NCBI GenBank assembly: GCA_964607155.1 | Contig: CAZSIF010000003.1 | Span: 19,498 to 83,497 of the forward strand | Source: an uncultured Oscillospiraceae bacterium | Lineage (GTDB): Bacteria; Bacillota; Clostridia; Christensenellales; CAG-314 | Direction: 5' to 3' | Length of the DNA stretch: 64,000 bases | Shown here: in pieces, positions 1-8,322 of the stretch | Position numbering within the stretch: the stretch's first letter is position 1 | How the letters are laid out: each line of letters starts with the position of its first letter | The notes under the pieces: generated by a model | What the model was told of the DNA's origin: nothing | What the model saw: only the letters and a program-made list of their open reading frames with translations | The model's database searches: none | Position numbers and translations under genes: made by a program

Positions 1-762
1 GCTTTTCAGCATATCTGCCAACCAGATATGTGCCGCGCGAGCCTCTGCATAACGTTTCAACTTGCAACAATAGCTTGCGTAAGCCGTCATAGTGCTAACA
101 GCCGATGTAATGGTATTTGCTAAAGCACCTAATATATATGTTTCGGCTTCCTTGGGGGCGTGGCTCGGACTGTTTGTGTAGGTCATTGCAAGCAAAGCGT
201 TGTTTGCTCCCATCACGTTATATTTTTTTAGGATATCAATCCCTTGCTCGTGTTTGCCGAGAGCAATATAGCATTGTGCTATTTTATTCATAATGGAAGC
301 CTCGCTGATTTCGGGTTCGATATTTTGCGATAAAAGCACAACGGAGTGTTCCAAAAGCTCAATACAGCGGTGTAGGTACTCTTCGTTTTTTAACTCTATC
401 CCTGCCACAGCATAAAGCTCGCCGGAGCGATATGCTATTCTAAAATCGTTTGGATATCGTAACAACGCCTTTTCCGCCTCGGTCACGGCTTGCAAGTACG
501 CCTTTTGGTGCTGTAGTTCGCGAATTTTGCGTTCAAGCGCATCGACCTTGCTGTTTACAACTTCAAAGCCGATTATCGTATCCACGGACACTCCAAATAA
601 ATCCGCCATCTGTACAATGAGTTGTAGCTCGGGCGTTGCAACGCCACGTTCCCATTTGGAAACGGCAGCAAAGGTAACGTTTAATGCTTCTGCCAACTGT
701 TCCTGCGTTAGCAAATGCTCTTTGCGTAGTCTGCAAATATTTGTGCCGATTGATAGCTTCAT
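1..762 (-). CDS. XRE-family HTH transcriptional regulator with TPR-like C-terminal region (3' end lies beyond window start)
   Basis: Absent from the ORF track because there is no stop inside the window. The reverse complement from the ATG at 760-762 reads MKLSIGTNICRLRKEHLLTQEQLAEALNVTFAAVSKWERGVATPEL..., a Cro/C1-type HTH. It stays open to position 1 (254 codons). A GGAGGT SD lies at 771-776 on the complement. Confidence 0.8.
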   Translation of the reverse strand, partial: MKLSIGTNICRLRKEHLLTQEQLAEALNVTFAAVSKWERGVATPELQLIVQMADLFGVSVDTIIGFEVVNSKVDALERKIRELQHQKAYLQAVTEAEKALLRYPNDFRIAYRSGELYAVAGIELKNEEYLHRCIELLEHSVVLLSQNIEPEISEASIMNKIAQCYIALGKHEQGIDILKKYNVMGANNALLAMTYTNSPSHAPKEAETYILGALANTITSAVSTMTAYASYCCKLKRYAEARAAHIWLADMLKS

Positions 763-800
763 TCTATTTAACCTCCGTAAGCTGGAATGAATATATTCTA

Positions 801-820
801 TGGTGCAAATAACTATCTAT
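801..820. repeat. 20-bp direct repeat copy 1 (TGGTGCAAATAACTATCTAT) in the regulator's upstream region
   Basis: Matches 904-923 at 19 of 20 positions. It lies about 40 bp upstream of the XRE regulator start codon. Confidence 0.6.
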
Positions 821-903
821 TGAAAAATAGCGGCATAAAACCTTCGTTATGTCGCTTATGATGTGCCCCATAAAAAATGTCCAACTTTTGTGGTTCACAT
901 CAT

Positions 904-923
904 TGGTGCAAATAAATATCTAT
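904..923. repeat. 20-bp direct repeat copy 2 (TGGTGCAAATAAATATCTAT)
   Basis: Second copy, 103 bp from copy 1 in the same orientation. Confidence 0.6.
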
Positions 924-1354
924 AAGGTATACAAGGGTTATTATTTTCACTTTTTGCGAAAAGGGTAAAATTTGGTTATATTATAATACAAAAAGAATAA
1001 AAGCGGAAGGTATTATTGGTATAATTTGTTTATTATATTTTGAACCAGTGGTTTAGTGCTTGTCATTTTGCTACTAAGGATGAGTTTTCAAAGGGTTTAT
1101 GCTTGGTAACATATAGCTTCTAAAGTGTATTTTTCTTGTAACTTAGATAAAATTCGATTTGAAAAACGAAATAATGCGAATTGATGTAGTAAAAATATCA
1201 AATTAAGTGCATTAACAAAGCCTTGACGACAATGCAAACGACCAAATACTTCTGTGTTTTTTGCTGTGGTATATTTTGCATAAATTTTTACGGGGTGCAT
1301 TTCCTTTGGAGATGGATTCAATTGTGGGATTTCATGGCGACGATGGCAAATATA

Positions 1355-1383
1355 TTGCAAAACGCGAGCTTTTGTGGTAGAAT
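1355..1383 (+). promoter_or_regulatory. Sigma-A-type promoter candidate for the hydrolase gene
   Basis: TTGCAA (1355-1360), a 17-nt spacer ending in TG-G, then TAGAAT (1378-1383), about 35 nt upstream of the ATG at 1417. Confidence 0.45.
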
Positions 1384-1416
1384 GCAGACGAAAAAGAGAT
1401 TGATAGTGGAATAAAT

Positions 1417-2061
1417 ATGAAAAGATTGATGATTTATATACACGGCAAAGCCGGCAATGCACGCGAGGCAGAGCATTACAAACCGCTATTTCCAGATTGT
1501 GATGTGGTCGGCTTCGATTATTGTTCGCAAACGCCTTGGGATGCTCAAAAGGAGTTTACTGCTTTCTTTGATGCGCAAGCTGTCAAGTATGCCTCGGTAT
1601 TTTTGGTTGCCAACAGCATTGGTGCTTTTTTCAGCTTATGCTCTCTTGCGAATAAACAAATCGATAAGGCGTTTTTGATTTCTCCCGTCGTTGATATGGA
1701 AGCATTGATATGTAATATGATGCGGTGGGCAAACGTATCAGAAAACGAGCTTTTTGTAAAAAAAGAAATAAAAACAGACTTTGGAGAAGTCTTGTCGTGG
1801 GACTATTTGTGCTATGTTCGTCAGTGCCCTATAAAGTGGAGCGTGCCAACGCATATTCTATATGGCGAAAGGGATAATTTAACATCTTTTGAGGCGATAT
1901 CTAAATTTGCAAGCCAAACAAATGCTTCACTAACCGTAATGCCGAGCGGGGAGCATTGGTTCCACACCGAGGAACAATTAAAATTTCTTGACGACTGGAT
2001 AAGAAATAAATGGTGTAATAAAAAGCGAATATCAAAGATAAGTAAAAATAGTTCGTCTTAA
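1417..2061 (+). CDS. Alpha/beta-fold hydrolase (small esterase-like)
   Basis: 214 aa. Begins MKRLMIYIHGKAGNA (oxyanion-type HG), has a nucleophile-elbow-like motif VANSIGAF, and carries GEHWFH near the C-terminus. Confidence 0.65.
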   Translation: MKRLMIYIHGKAGNAREAEHYKPLFPDCDVVGFDYCSQTPWDAQKEFTAFFDAQAVKYASVFLVANSIGAFFSLCSLANKQIDKAFLISPVVDMEALICNMMRWANVSENELFVKKEIKTDFGEVLSWDYLCYVRQCPIKWSVPTHILYGERDNLTSFEAISKFASQTNASLTVMPSGEHWFHTEEQLKFLDDWIRNKWCNKKRISKISKNSSS

Positions 2062-2276
2062 ATGCGTTAGCAAAAAGACATTCTGCAATAAAAACTTTAT
2101 GTGATGAGCTATTTCGTATTTTGTGCAGTAGTTGCTTGGGTGATTTATTGCGAAGGTTGTTTTTTTTCTCATGCGCGTTGTTTGGGCTAAATATCACAAA
2201 ACGCCACAATTGAGAGCGTTGTTTTTTACAGAACGTGTATTGACTTGTACAGTCGCAGTGGAAAATGAGGCGGAAA

Positions 2277-2480
2277 ATGAGTAAGTATAATCCGTTATGG
2301 GAGTATCTAAAGAAAAATCAAAAATGTTCTTATCGATTATCCTTCGATGAAATAAAAGGAATAGTCGGCTTTGATATCGACCATTCTTTTTTATCTTACA
2401 AGAAGGAACTGAACGAGTACGGCTATGTGGTTGAAAGAATATCAATGAAGGAAAAAATCATATTATTCAAAAAGAATTAG
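2277..2480 (+). CDS. Small conserved hypothetical protein
   Basis: ORF 2265-2480. The internal start MSKYNPLWEYLKKNQ... seems more likely. No function recognisable. Confidence 0.5.
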   Translation: MSKYNPLWEYLKKNQKCSYRLSFDEIKGIVGFDIDHSFLSYKKELNEYGYVVERISMKEKIILFKKN

Positions 2481-2670
2481 CCAATGCTAAATTACATTGT
2501 TGTGTTAACTCTAATATTTTTTAAATAAAAATCACGCAATTCTTTTGTTTTGACGCAACTATTCATTGCAGAGTGGATTATTATAAAAATCCAAATTGTT
2601 TTTTGCAAAACTTGAGTAAATTACTTTACTTGTAAAAGGTTTTGTGCTAAAATAGTTTAGCAATCGGCTT

Positions 2671-2762
2671 GGAGAAGTACCCAAGAGGCCGAAGGGGCTC
2701 CCCTGCTAAGGGAGTAGTACGAGTGAATCGTAGCCAGGGTTCAAATCCCTGCTTCTCCGCCA
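2671..2762 (+). tRNA. tRNA-Ser (anticodon GCU), CCA encoded
   Basis: Cloverleaf read by hand: acceptor GGAGAAG/CTTCTCC, anticodon stem CTCCC/GGGAG with loop CTGCTAA, long variable arm TACGA-GTGAA-TCGTA, T arm CAGGG-TTCAAAT-CCCTG, discriminator G plus CCA. Confidence 0.93.
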
Positions 2763-2766
2763 TTCA

Positions 2767-2808
2767 AAACCTAAATCGAACCCATAAAGTTTGGTTTAGG
2801 TTTTTTGT
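2767..2808 (+). terminator. Rho-independent terminator after tRNA-Ser
   Basis: Stem AAACCTAAA (2767-2775) pairs with TTTAGGTTT (2795-2803), followed by a T run. Confidence 0.7.
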
Positions 2809-3296
2809 TTGCAAAAATATGGTTTCTATCGGTGTTTTTCGGTTGTCATAGCGCAACCGTTTTTTTTACGAATTTGTACAATCGTTGGTATTTCGGGACA
2901 AAAAGTTTGAACGCAGAGGTTAAATCTCATATAAGTCTATACTCATTGGTGGTGAGATTTATTCAGTTGCCAATATGGTTGCCAAGTCAACGGTGGCAAC
3001 AGCAGTGCAAACGCATATTATTGAATATAACATTGAGTTGTTGCAATAAAACGTGTGGTGGAGCTGTGTTTATTTGTGTTGCGGAAATATCGATGATTTT
3101 CGTTCAAATATGCCGTGCTTGTAGGCTTTGCGGCGGAATTGTCGATATCGTTTATTAAAATGCAATTAATTATGTATTCAACGGCGCGATACGAATAATA
3201 AAAAATGTAAAAAAATCAAAATAATTTGCACAAAAGTATTGCTTTTGTTCAAAATATGTGGTATAGTATAGTTATTCAAATAAAAGGAGAGCACAT

Positions 3297-3707
3297 ATGA
3301 AGGATGACGAACGTTTTGTAAAAGCATTTTTCGAGCACACTAACTCGCCGGAAAACACATCTTATGCTTTAATATCATTGTTGCGGTTTCGCAATAAGCT
3401 ATCAGGCACAAGATTACTTCGCACGGCATTGATGCACAGTCTAACGCATATCGACGAGCAGCTTACTGTAACGGAGGTGTATGCAGCTGTTGCCGAGCAA
3501 CACAATGTTACGGCAGCATGCGTAGAGAGAGCCATTCGTAACACAATACACGATTGCTATAATCACGGAAGTCTAAGGCTATTAAACGACATTTTTGCTT
3601 GCTCGCTAATAAACGATAAATACCCTCCGACCAATGCCGAGTTTATAACCGACGTTACGTCATACCTACACTTTTTGCTCATGCAAAATTCCAAAATTTC
3701 TGCGTAA
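3297..3707 (+). CDS. Stand-alone Spo0A C-terminal (DNA-binding) domain protein, no receiver domain
   Basis: 136 aa. The stretch ...[44 protein letters not shown]...[13 protein letters not shown] aligns by eye with the Spo0A effector domain encoded at 53481-54209 ([33 protein letters not shown]...KPTNGEFIALL). An AAAGGAGAG SD precedes the ATG. Confidence 0.75.
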   Translation: [136 protein letters not shown]

Positions 3708-4423
3708 ACTTTGATTGCTTGAGCAAACACATTTCGATGGGAAGCTTAAAGCTTATCGAAAAAACGTATCAACAATAATCTTACTGTGACGCAAAAGTAT
3801 AAAAATAACCTATAAACGTAGAAAGCATCTTTTGGGACAAAGAAGGGTAACGTATACGGTTGAGTATCAACATGACGGCGTATATGTTGCGTTTGTCGAT
3901 GTGGAAGCAATGGGTGTGAAAGACGTTAAATGCAGATATTCGTTCAACGACGATAAAGCATCAAACAAAGCATGCTTCGTACAGCCTTTACATATGTCGT
4001 TATAGTTTTAAAAAAACTAATTCCGATTTCGTGTATATAAAGCGAATCAACAATAATTCTGACTGTATTTAGTTGGAATATACCAAAAAAATTATTTGCC
4101 TTTTAGATAACATATTCGTTGCGTAAAAACGGATGTGTTTTTTTATTGCCAAGCCAAAGCAGTATATCAATAATGAGCCTTTCGGGGCGCGGTATCCACG
4201 GTGAATCACAGACGCATTGTCTTTAAAAGTTATAGGGAAAAAAATATTTGATTTTGGAGTGGACTTTATTAAAGCTCAATAAGAACAATTATAATTTGGC
4301 AATTCTCTTGCAAAAAATCATAGTTTTGTCTTGCTCTTTTGGTTGCCAAAAAGACGGTGTTGTTCTAAAATATATGGGTTACATTTACAGCTGACAGGTT
4401 TACAAGTAGAAGGTTTATTTTTT

Positions 4424-5827
4424 ATGAATACTAAAGCACATGAAATAGATATGACGCAGGGCGGCTTATTTGCAAAAATGATCGCTTTTGCCATTCCGTT
4501 GTTGTTAACGTCGATTTTGCAGTTGCTGTTTAATTCCGCGGATATGGTTGTAGTGGGGCAATTTGTTAGCTACGACGCAGTTGGCGCAGTTGGGGCAACG
4601 GGCTCGTTAAATTCGCTGATAGTAAACCTTGCGATAGGGTTTTCAAGCGGGGCTGGCGTGGTACTCGCCGGCGCGTATGGTTCAAACGACAAAGAGTACG
4701 GCGACAAAATTTTACACACCTCGATGCTGTTGAGCGTTGTTAGTGGTCTGCTTATTGCTGTTGTAGGATTTTTTGGAGCGAGAACTTTTTTGACGTGGAT
4801 GGGCACAACCGCTGAGCAAATAGAGGATGCAACCACCTATCTGGAAATTATTTTTATCGGTGCGCCATTCAATATGGTATACAATTTTGGCTCGTCGATG
4901 TTGCGTGCCACTGGCGACACTAAACGTCCCCTCGTATTTTTGACGATTGCCGGTGTTATCAATGTTATTGTTAACATCATCAGCGTCACGGTGTTCAATA
5001 TGGGTGTTGCCGGCGTTGCTATTGCAACAATTACAAGTCAGGCAATATCGGCAGTGCTTGTGGTACTAACCTTGCTAAGGAACAAGGGCTTTTTGCAGCT
5101 TTCCTTTGCAAAGTTACGGTTCGACAAAAAAGCCTTGGCGGATATCCTTAGATTAGGCGTTCCCACCGGAGTGCAAAGCTCGTTGTTTAGCATATCCAAC
5201 GTGTTGTTGCAAACGGCTGTTAACGGTTTTGGCAACGTGGTAGTGGATGGCAGTGCCGTTTCTGCGCAGATAGAAGGGTATGTTTTTGCGGTTAACAACA
5301 GCATAAGCACAACCGTATTGTATGCAATCGGACAAAACTATGGTGCAAAAGATTACAGGCGAATATACCGTATCGTGCGCATAGGCATTGTGATGGTAAC
5401 GGTGGTTGTGCTTGTGGTTGGATGGCTTGCCGTGTTGTTGCACGAGCCGCTGTGCAGTTTGTTTATTGACGGCAGGGAGTCTGCCGAGATTGTGGAACAG
5501 ATTATTGCTTGCGCTTTCGAGCGGATGATTATAATCTGCGGCACATATTTTATCGACGGAATAATGGAAGTGGTTTCGTGCGCACTAAGGGGTATCGGCT
5601 ATCCGATAATATCTGCCTTGACGGTGCTCGTGGGCACTTGTTTGTTCCGCATTTTGTGGATTTACGTTGCATTTCCGCTGTATCCGCAGTTATGGTTTTT
5701 GTTTGCGCTTTACCCAATCAGCTGGACGATAACTTCTGCCGCATGTTGGATTGTGTTGCGTGTTAAAATACGCAAGGACGGCGCAGTTTGCGAAGGGGAA
5801 AAAGCGGCGTTGTGCGTAGCAATGTAG
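4424..5827 (+). CDS. MATE family multidrug/toxic-compound efflux transporter
   Basis: The ORF track starts at a TTG at 4331. The ATG at 4424 gives MNTKAHEIDMTQGGLFAKMIAFAIPLLLTSILQLLFNSADMVVVG, a typical MATE N-terminus, and the protein is polytopic throughout. Confidence 0.85.
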   Translation: MNTKAHEIDMTQGGLFAKMIAFAIPLLLTSILQLLFNSADMVVVGQFVSYDAVGAVGATGSLNSLIVNLAIGFSSGAGVVLAGAYGSNDKEYGDKILHTSMLLSVVSGLLIAVVGFFGARTFLTWMGTTAEQIEDATTYLEIIFIGAPFNMVYNFGSSMLRATGDTKRPLVFLTIAGVINVIVNIISVTVFNMGVAGVAIATITSQAISAVLVVLTLLRNKGFLQLSFAKLRFDKKALADILRLGVPTGVQSSLFSISNVLLQTAVNGFGNVVVDGSAVSAQIEGYVFAVNNSISTTVLYAIGQNYGAKDYRRIYRIVRIGIVMVTVVVLVVGWLAVLLHEPLCSLFIDGRESAEIVEQIIACAFERMIIICGTYFIDGIMEVVSCALRGIGYPIISALTVLVGTCLFRILWIYVAFPLYPQLWFLFALYPISWTITSAACWIVLRVKIRKDGAVCEGEKAALCVAM

Positions 5828-6060
5828 TTTGTTGCGTTTGGCTTTATCTGTTGGATTGTGGCAACGTTAGTTTGTCTGCGGACGTGTGTCTTTTGTTGGA
5901 TTGTACATTGCGGTGCAATGCATTAAGTGCGTTTTGTGTGTTGTGATATGACTAATGAAAGATTGATGTTGAAATCGACATTTCGGCAATGGTGTGTTGT
6001 TCTGTTTTTATCCAAAGCGTGGTACAATGTAACCATCAAAACAACACGGAGGAACAAAAA

Positions 6061-6417
6061 ATGAATACTGATAAAATTTATGCAGAAGCAATCGCAAACG
6101 AATATGCGGTAAAGGATACTCGCAAGGTAGTACAGCTAAAAAAACTCGACGCGCAAGCTAAACGTCCGGCAAAAATTTTCGGATGGATTTTTGGTGCGGT
6201 AAGCGCATTGGTTTTTGGCGCAGGTATGAGCTTTGCCATGGGAGCAATTGGCGACGGCTCGGCTGTTTCGATGGCAATAGGTATCGGTTTGGGTGTACTT
6301 GGCGGCATCGGTGCGGGCATAAACTATCCAATTTATAAAAAGATTAAGGAAAACGGCAAAAAGAAGTACGGTTCGGATATTCTTCGCCTTGCCAAGGAAA
6401 TCAGCGAAGAGGCGTAA
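6061..6417 (+). CDS. Small membrane protein of unknown function (soluble N-terminus plus two glycine-rich TM helices)
   Basis: An internal ATG preceded by GGAGGA gives MNTDKIYAEAIANEYAVKDTRKV... followed by the hydrophobic segments IFGWIFGAVSALVFGAGMSFAMGAI and AIGIGLGVLGGIGAGI. Confidence 0.6.
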   Translation: MNTDKIYAEAIANEYAVKDTRKVVQLKKLDAQAKRPAKIFGWIFGAVSALVFGAGMSFAMGAIGDGSAVSMAIGIGLGVLGGIGAGINYPIYKKIKENGKKKYGSDILRLAKEISEEA

Positions 6418-6425
6418 CGTAATAT

Positions 6426-7334
6426 ATGGAAAGATTAAAGCAAATTGCGTTAAGACTACTATATCCGCCTTTGTGGGTGTATATTTGCTTGCCGATGATA
6501 TCGTTTGGCGGCTTGATAGCCATTTTTTTGATGGGATACAATACCAGCCCCATTGCCTATTTGGATTACGCCCTATCTGCCTATTCGCTTACGATAGTAA
6601 CAACGGCAACGGTGCGTGGCATTTTGCGGATAAAACGCTTTGCTAAAAATAAAATTGATAATGCCCGTCCTGATTCGCTTGTGCGCAGATACTTTACAGA
6701 GCTTACCGTTAAGGGTAGCGTCGGACTTTTGTGTGGCGCGGCTGCGGATATTGCCTATGCAGTGTTTAGACTGGTGACGGGCTTGATGTTTTCGTCGTAT
6801 TGGTTTTTGTCGTTAACGGCGTACCATCTGTTTTTGGGATTGTTGCGCATATATCTTTTTAATGGATATGTGCGGTCAAGCCGCAACAAGGATCTCGGTA
6901 TGGCATATTTGCACGGTTGCTACAACAACTGCGGCAAGCTTTTGCTTGTGGTCACAATCCCGATGGGCGGCATGGTAACGCTTGCGGCAATGGCGGATTA
7001 TAGCTTTTCGTACCCAGGGTACGTTATATACGTTTCGGCACTGTACACGTTTGTTTCAGCAACGCTGGCGGTAATTAATCTCATTCGCTTTGCTAAGGTT
7101 GGTAACCCTATTCTTTCCGCAGGTAAAATTGTTGGTTTGGTTGCGGCAGCAACATCAATTTTTGGCTTGCAAACGGCAATGCTTACGACGTTTTCCGAGC
7201 AGGATTCTGCTTTTAAGCTGTTGATGAATTGTATTACGGGCTTTGCGGTTTTTGCTTTTGCAATCGGAGCGTCGGTGTATATGATTGTGCACGGCAGGCG
7301 GCGCAGGCGTTTGGAAGAGGATAATAATGAATAA
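6426..7334 (+). CDS. Polytopic membrane protein of unknown function
   Basis: 302 aa with multiple hydrophobic helices. It is tightly packed between the small membrane protein and the TetR gene, overlapping the latter by 8 nt. Confidence 0.6.
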   Translation: MERLKQIALRLLYPPLWVYICLPMISFGGLIAIFLMGYNTSPIAYLDYALSAYSLTIVTTATVRGILRIKRFAKNKIDNARPDSLVRRYFTELTVKGSVGLLCGAAADIAYAVFRLVTGLMFSSYWFLSLTAYHLFLGLLRIYLFNGYVRSSRNKDLGMAYLHGCYNNCGKLLLVVTIPMGGMVTLAAMADYSFSYPGYVIYVSALYTFVSATLAVINLIRFAKVGNPILSAGKIVGLVAAATSIFGLQTAMLTTFSEQDSAFKLLMNCITGFAVFAFAIGASVYMIVHGRRRRRLEEDNNE

Positions 7335-7914
7335 ATCCGAAAGTAAGTATTTTAATACGGCGTGTCTTATGGACGAGGCTTTTTTGCTACTATTGGAAAA
7401 GAAAGACTATGAGTTCATTACCGTCAAGGAAATTTGCGCAAAAGCCGGCGTTAATCGTTCAACATTTTATTTGCACTATGAATCTATCGATGATTTGCTT
7501 GCGGAAAGTGTTGATTATATTATGTCGCGTTTTTACGAGCAGATGAGTCCCGTGGAAAACGGCATCGTTGATAAAATAGACCAGCTTGAACTTTCAGAAC
7601 TGTATTTGATTACTCCCCAGTACCTTGAGGTGTATTTGAATTTTATCAAGGATAACAGGCGCACGCTTTCTGCTTTGGTCAAAAATCACGGCTTGTTTCG
7701 CCTCGATGAAGTGTACGGAGGCATGTACAAGGCTGCACTTGAACCTATTTTGAAGCGTTTCGGTGTAGCCGCAGAAGATAGAGGGTATCTCATGGCGTTT
7801 TATATAAGCGGACTTACAGCCATTGTTAACGAGTGGTTGCGTAATGATTGCGCAGAGCCTGTGGAAAAGATTTCCGAGCTGATGCGTCGTTGTGTTAAGG
7901 AATATAAGGGTTAA
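7327..7914 (+). CDS. TetR/AcrR family transcriptional regulator
   Basis: The ATG at 7327 gives MNKSESKYFNTACLMDEAFLLLLEKKDYEFITVKEICAKAGVNRSTFYLHY, a TetR N-terminal HTH signature. Confidence 0.85.
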   Translation: MNKSESKYFNTACLMDEAFLLLLEKKDYEFITVKEICAKAGVNRSTFYLHYESIDDLLAESVDYIMSRFYEQMSPVENGIVDKIDQLELSELYLITPQYLEVYLNFIKDNRRTLSALVKNHGLFRLDEVYGGMYKAALEPILKRFGVAAEDRGYLMAFYISGLTAIVNEWLRNDCAEPVEKISELMRRCVKEYKG

Positions 7915-8237
7915 TGTTTACGACTTGAACAGACAGCTATGTGCGTGTCTGTTCTTTTTTATGCAAGCGTCGTCGCTACTGTGGCAATGGGAACTAAAAA
8001 TAGGTCTACAAACTTACGAAAAAAAAGTAATGGTATGGAATATGCTTCCGTGCGCTACGAATCGTGCGAACTTATCCATTGACTTTGCAAAGCGGAAGGT
8101 TGCCGTTTAGTGTAATTCAAAAGAATGTATCGTTTGGCAAGGGGGTGTGCAATGGTTATAATTATTGTGCAAAGTCAAACATAACCGCAACTTATAAAAA
8201 AATAATAAAAAAATGTGAAAAATGCTTCGAAAAACAG

Positions 8238-8266
8238 TTTACACTTTAATCGACGTGTGGTATACT
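8238..8266 (+). promoter_or_regulatory. Sigma-A-type promoter candidate for copA
   Basis: TTTACA (8238-8243), a 17-nt spacer, then TATACT (8261-8266). Confidence 0.55.
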
Positions 8267-8275
8267 GTAAGACGT

Positions 8276-8312
8276 AATCACCCACTCCCCGTAAGGGCAT
8301 TTGCGGGTGATT
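8276..8312 (+). promoter_or_regulatory. Inverted repeat in the copA leader (possible CsoR operator or leader hairpin)
   Basis: AATCACCC (8276-8283) and GGGTGATT (8305-8312) flank an inner CCC-GTAA-GGG palindrome. The element sits between the promoter and the SD. The ACCC...GGGT arms resemble CsoR-box half sites, but the spacing is atypical. Confidence 0.3.
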
Positions 8313-8322
8313 CGGAGGATAG

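Noticed and set aside
527-790. 87-aa plus-strand ORF at the left edge.
   Set aside because: It is antisense to the XRE/TPR regulator, whose reverse-strand frame is open for 254 codons with a clear HTH motif and SD.
2805-3158. 117-aa ORF downstream of tRNA-Ser.
   Set aside because: It starts inside the tRNA terminator tail, has no SD, and has Cys/Phe/Trp-rich, odd composition. It is probably non-coding.
3832-4005. Short frame reading ...VTYTVEYQHDGVYVAFVDVEAMGV..., faintly reminiscent of a HicB-like antitoxin N-terminus.
   Set aside because: It has no ATG or GTG with an SD, is under 60 codons, and the similarity fades after about 25 residues. At most it is a decayed remnant and cannot be supported.
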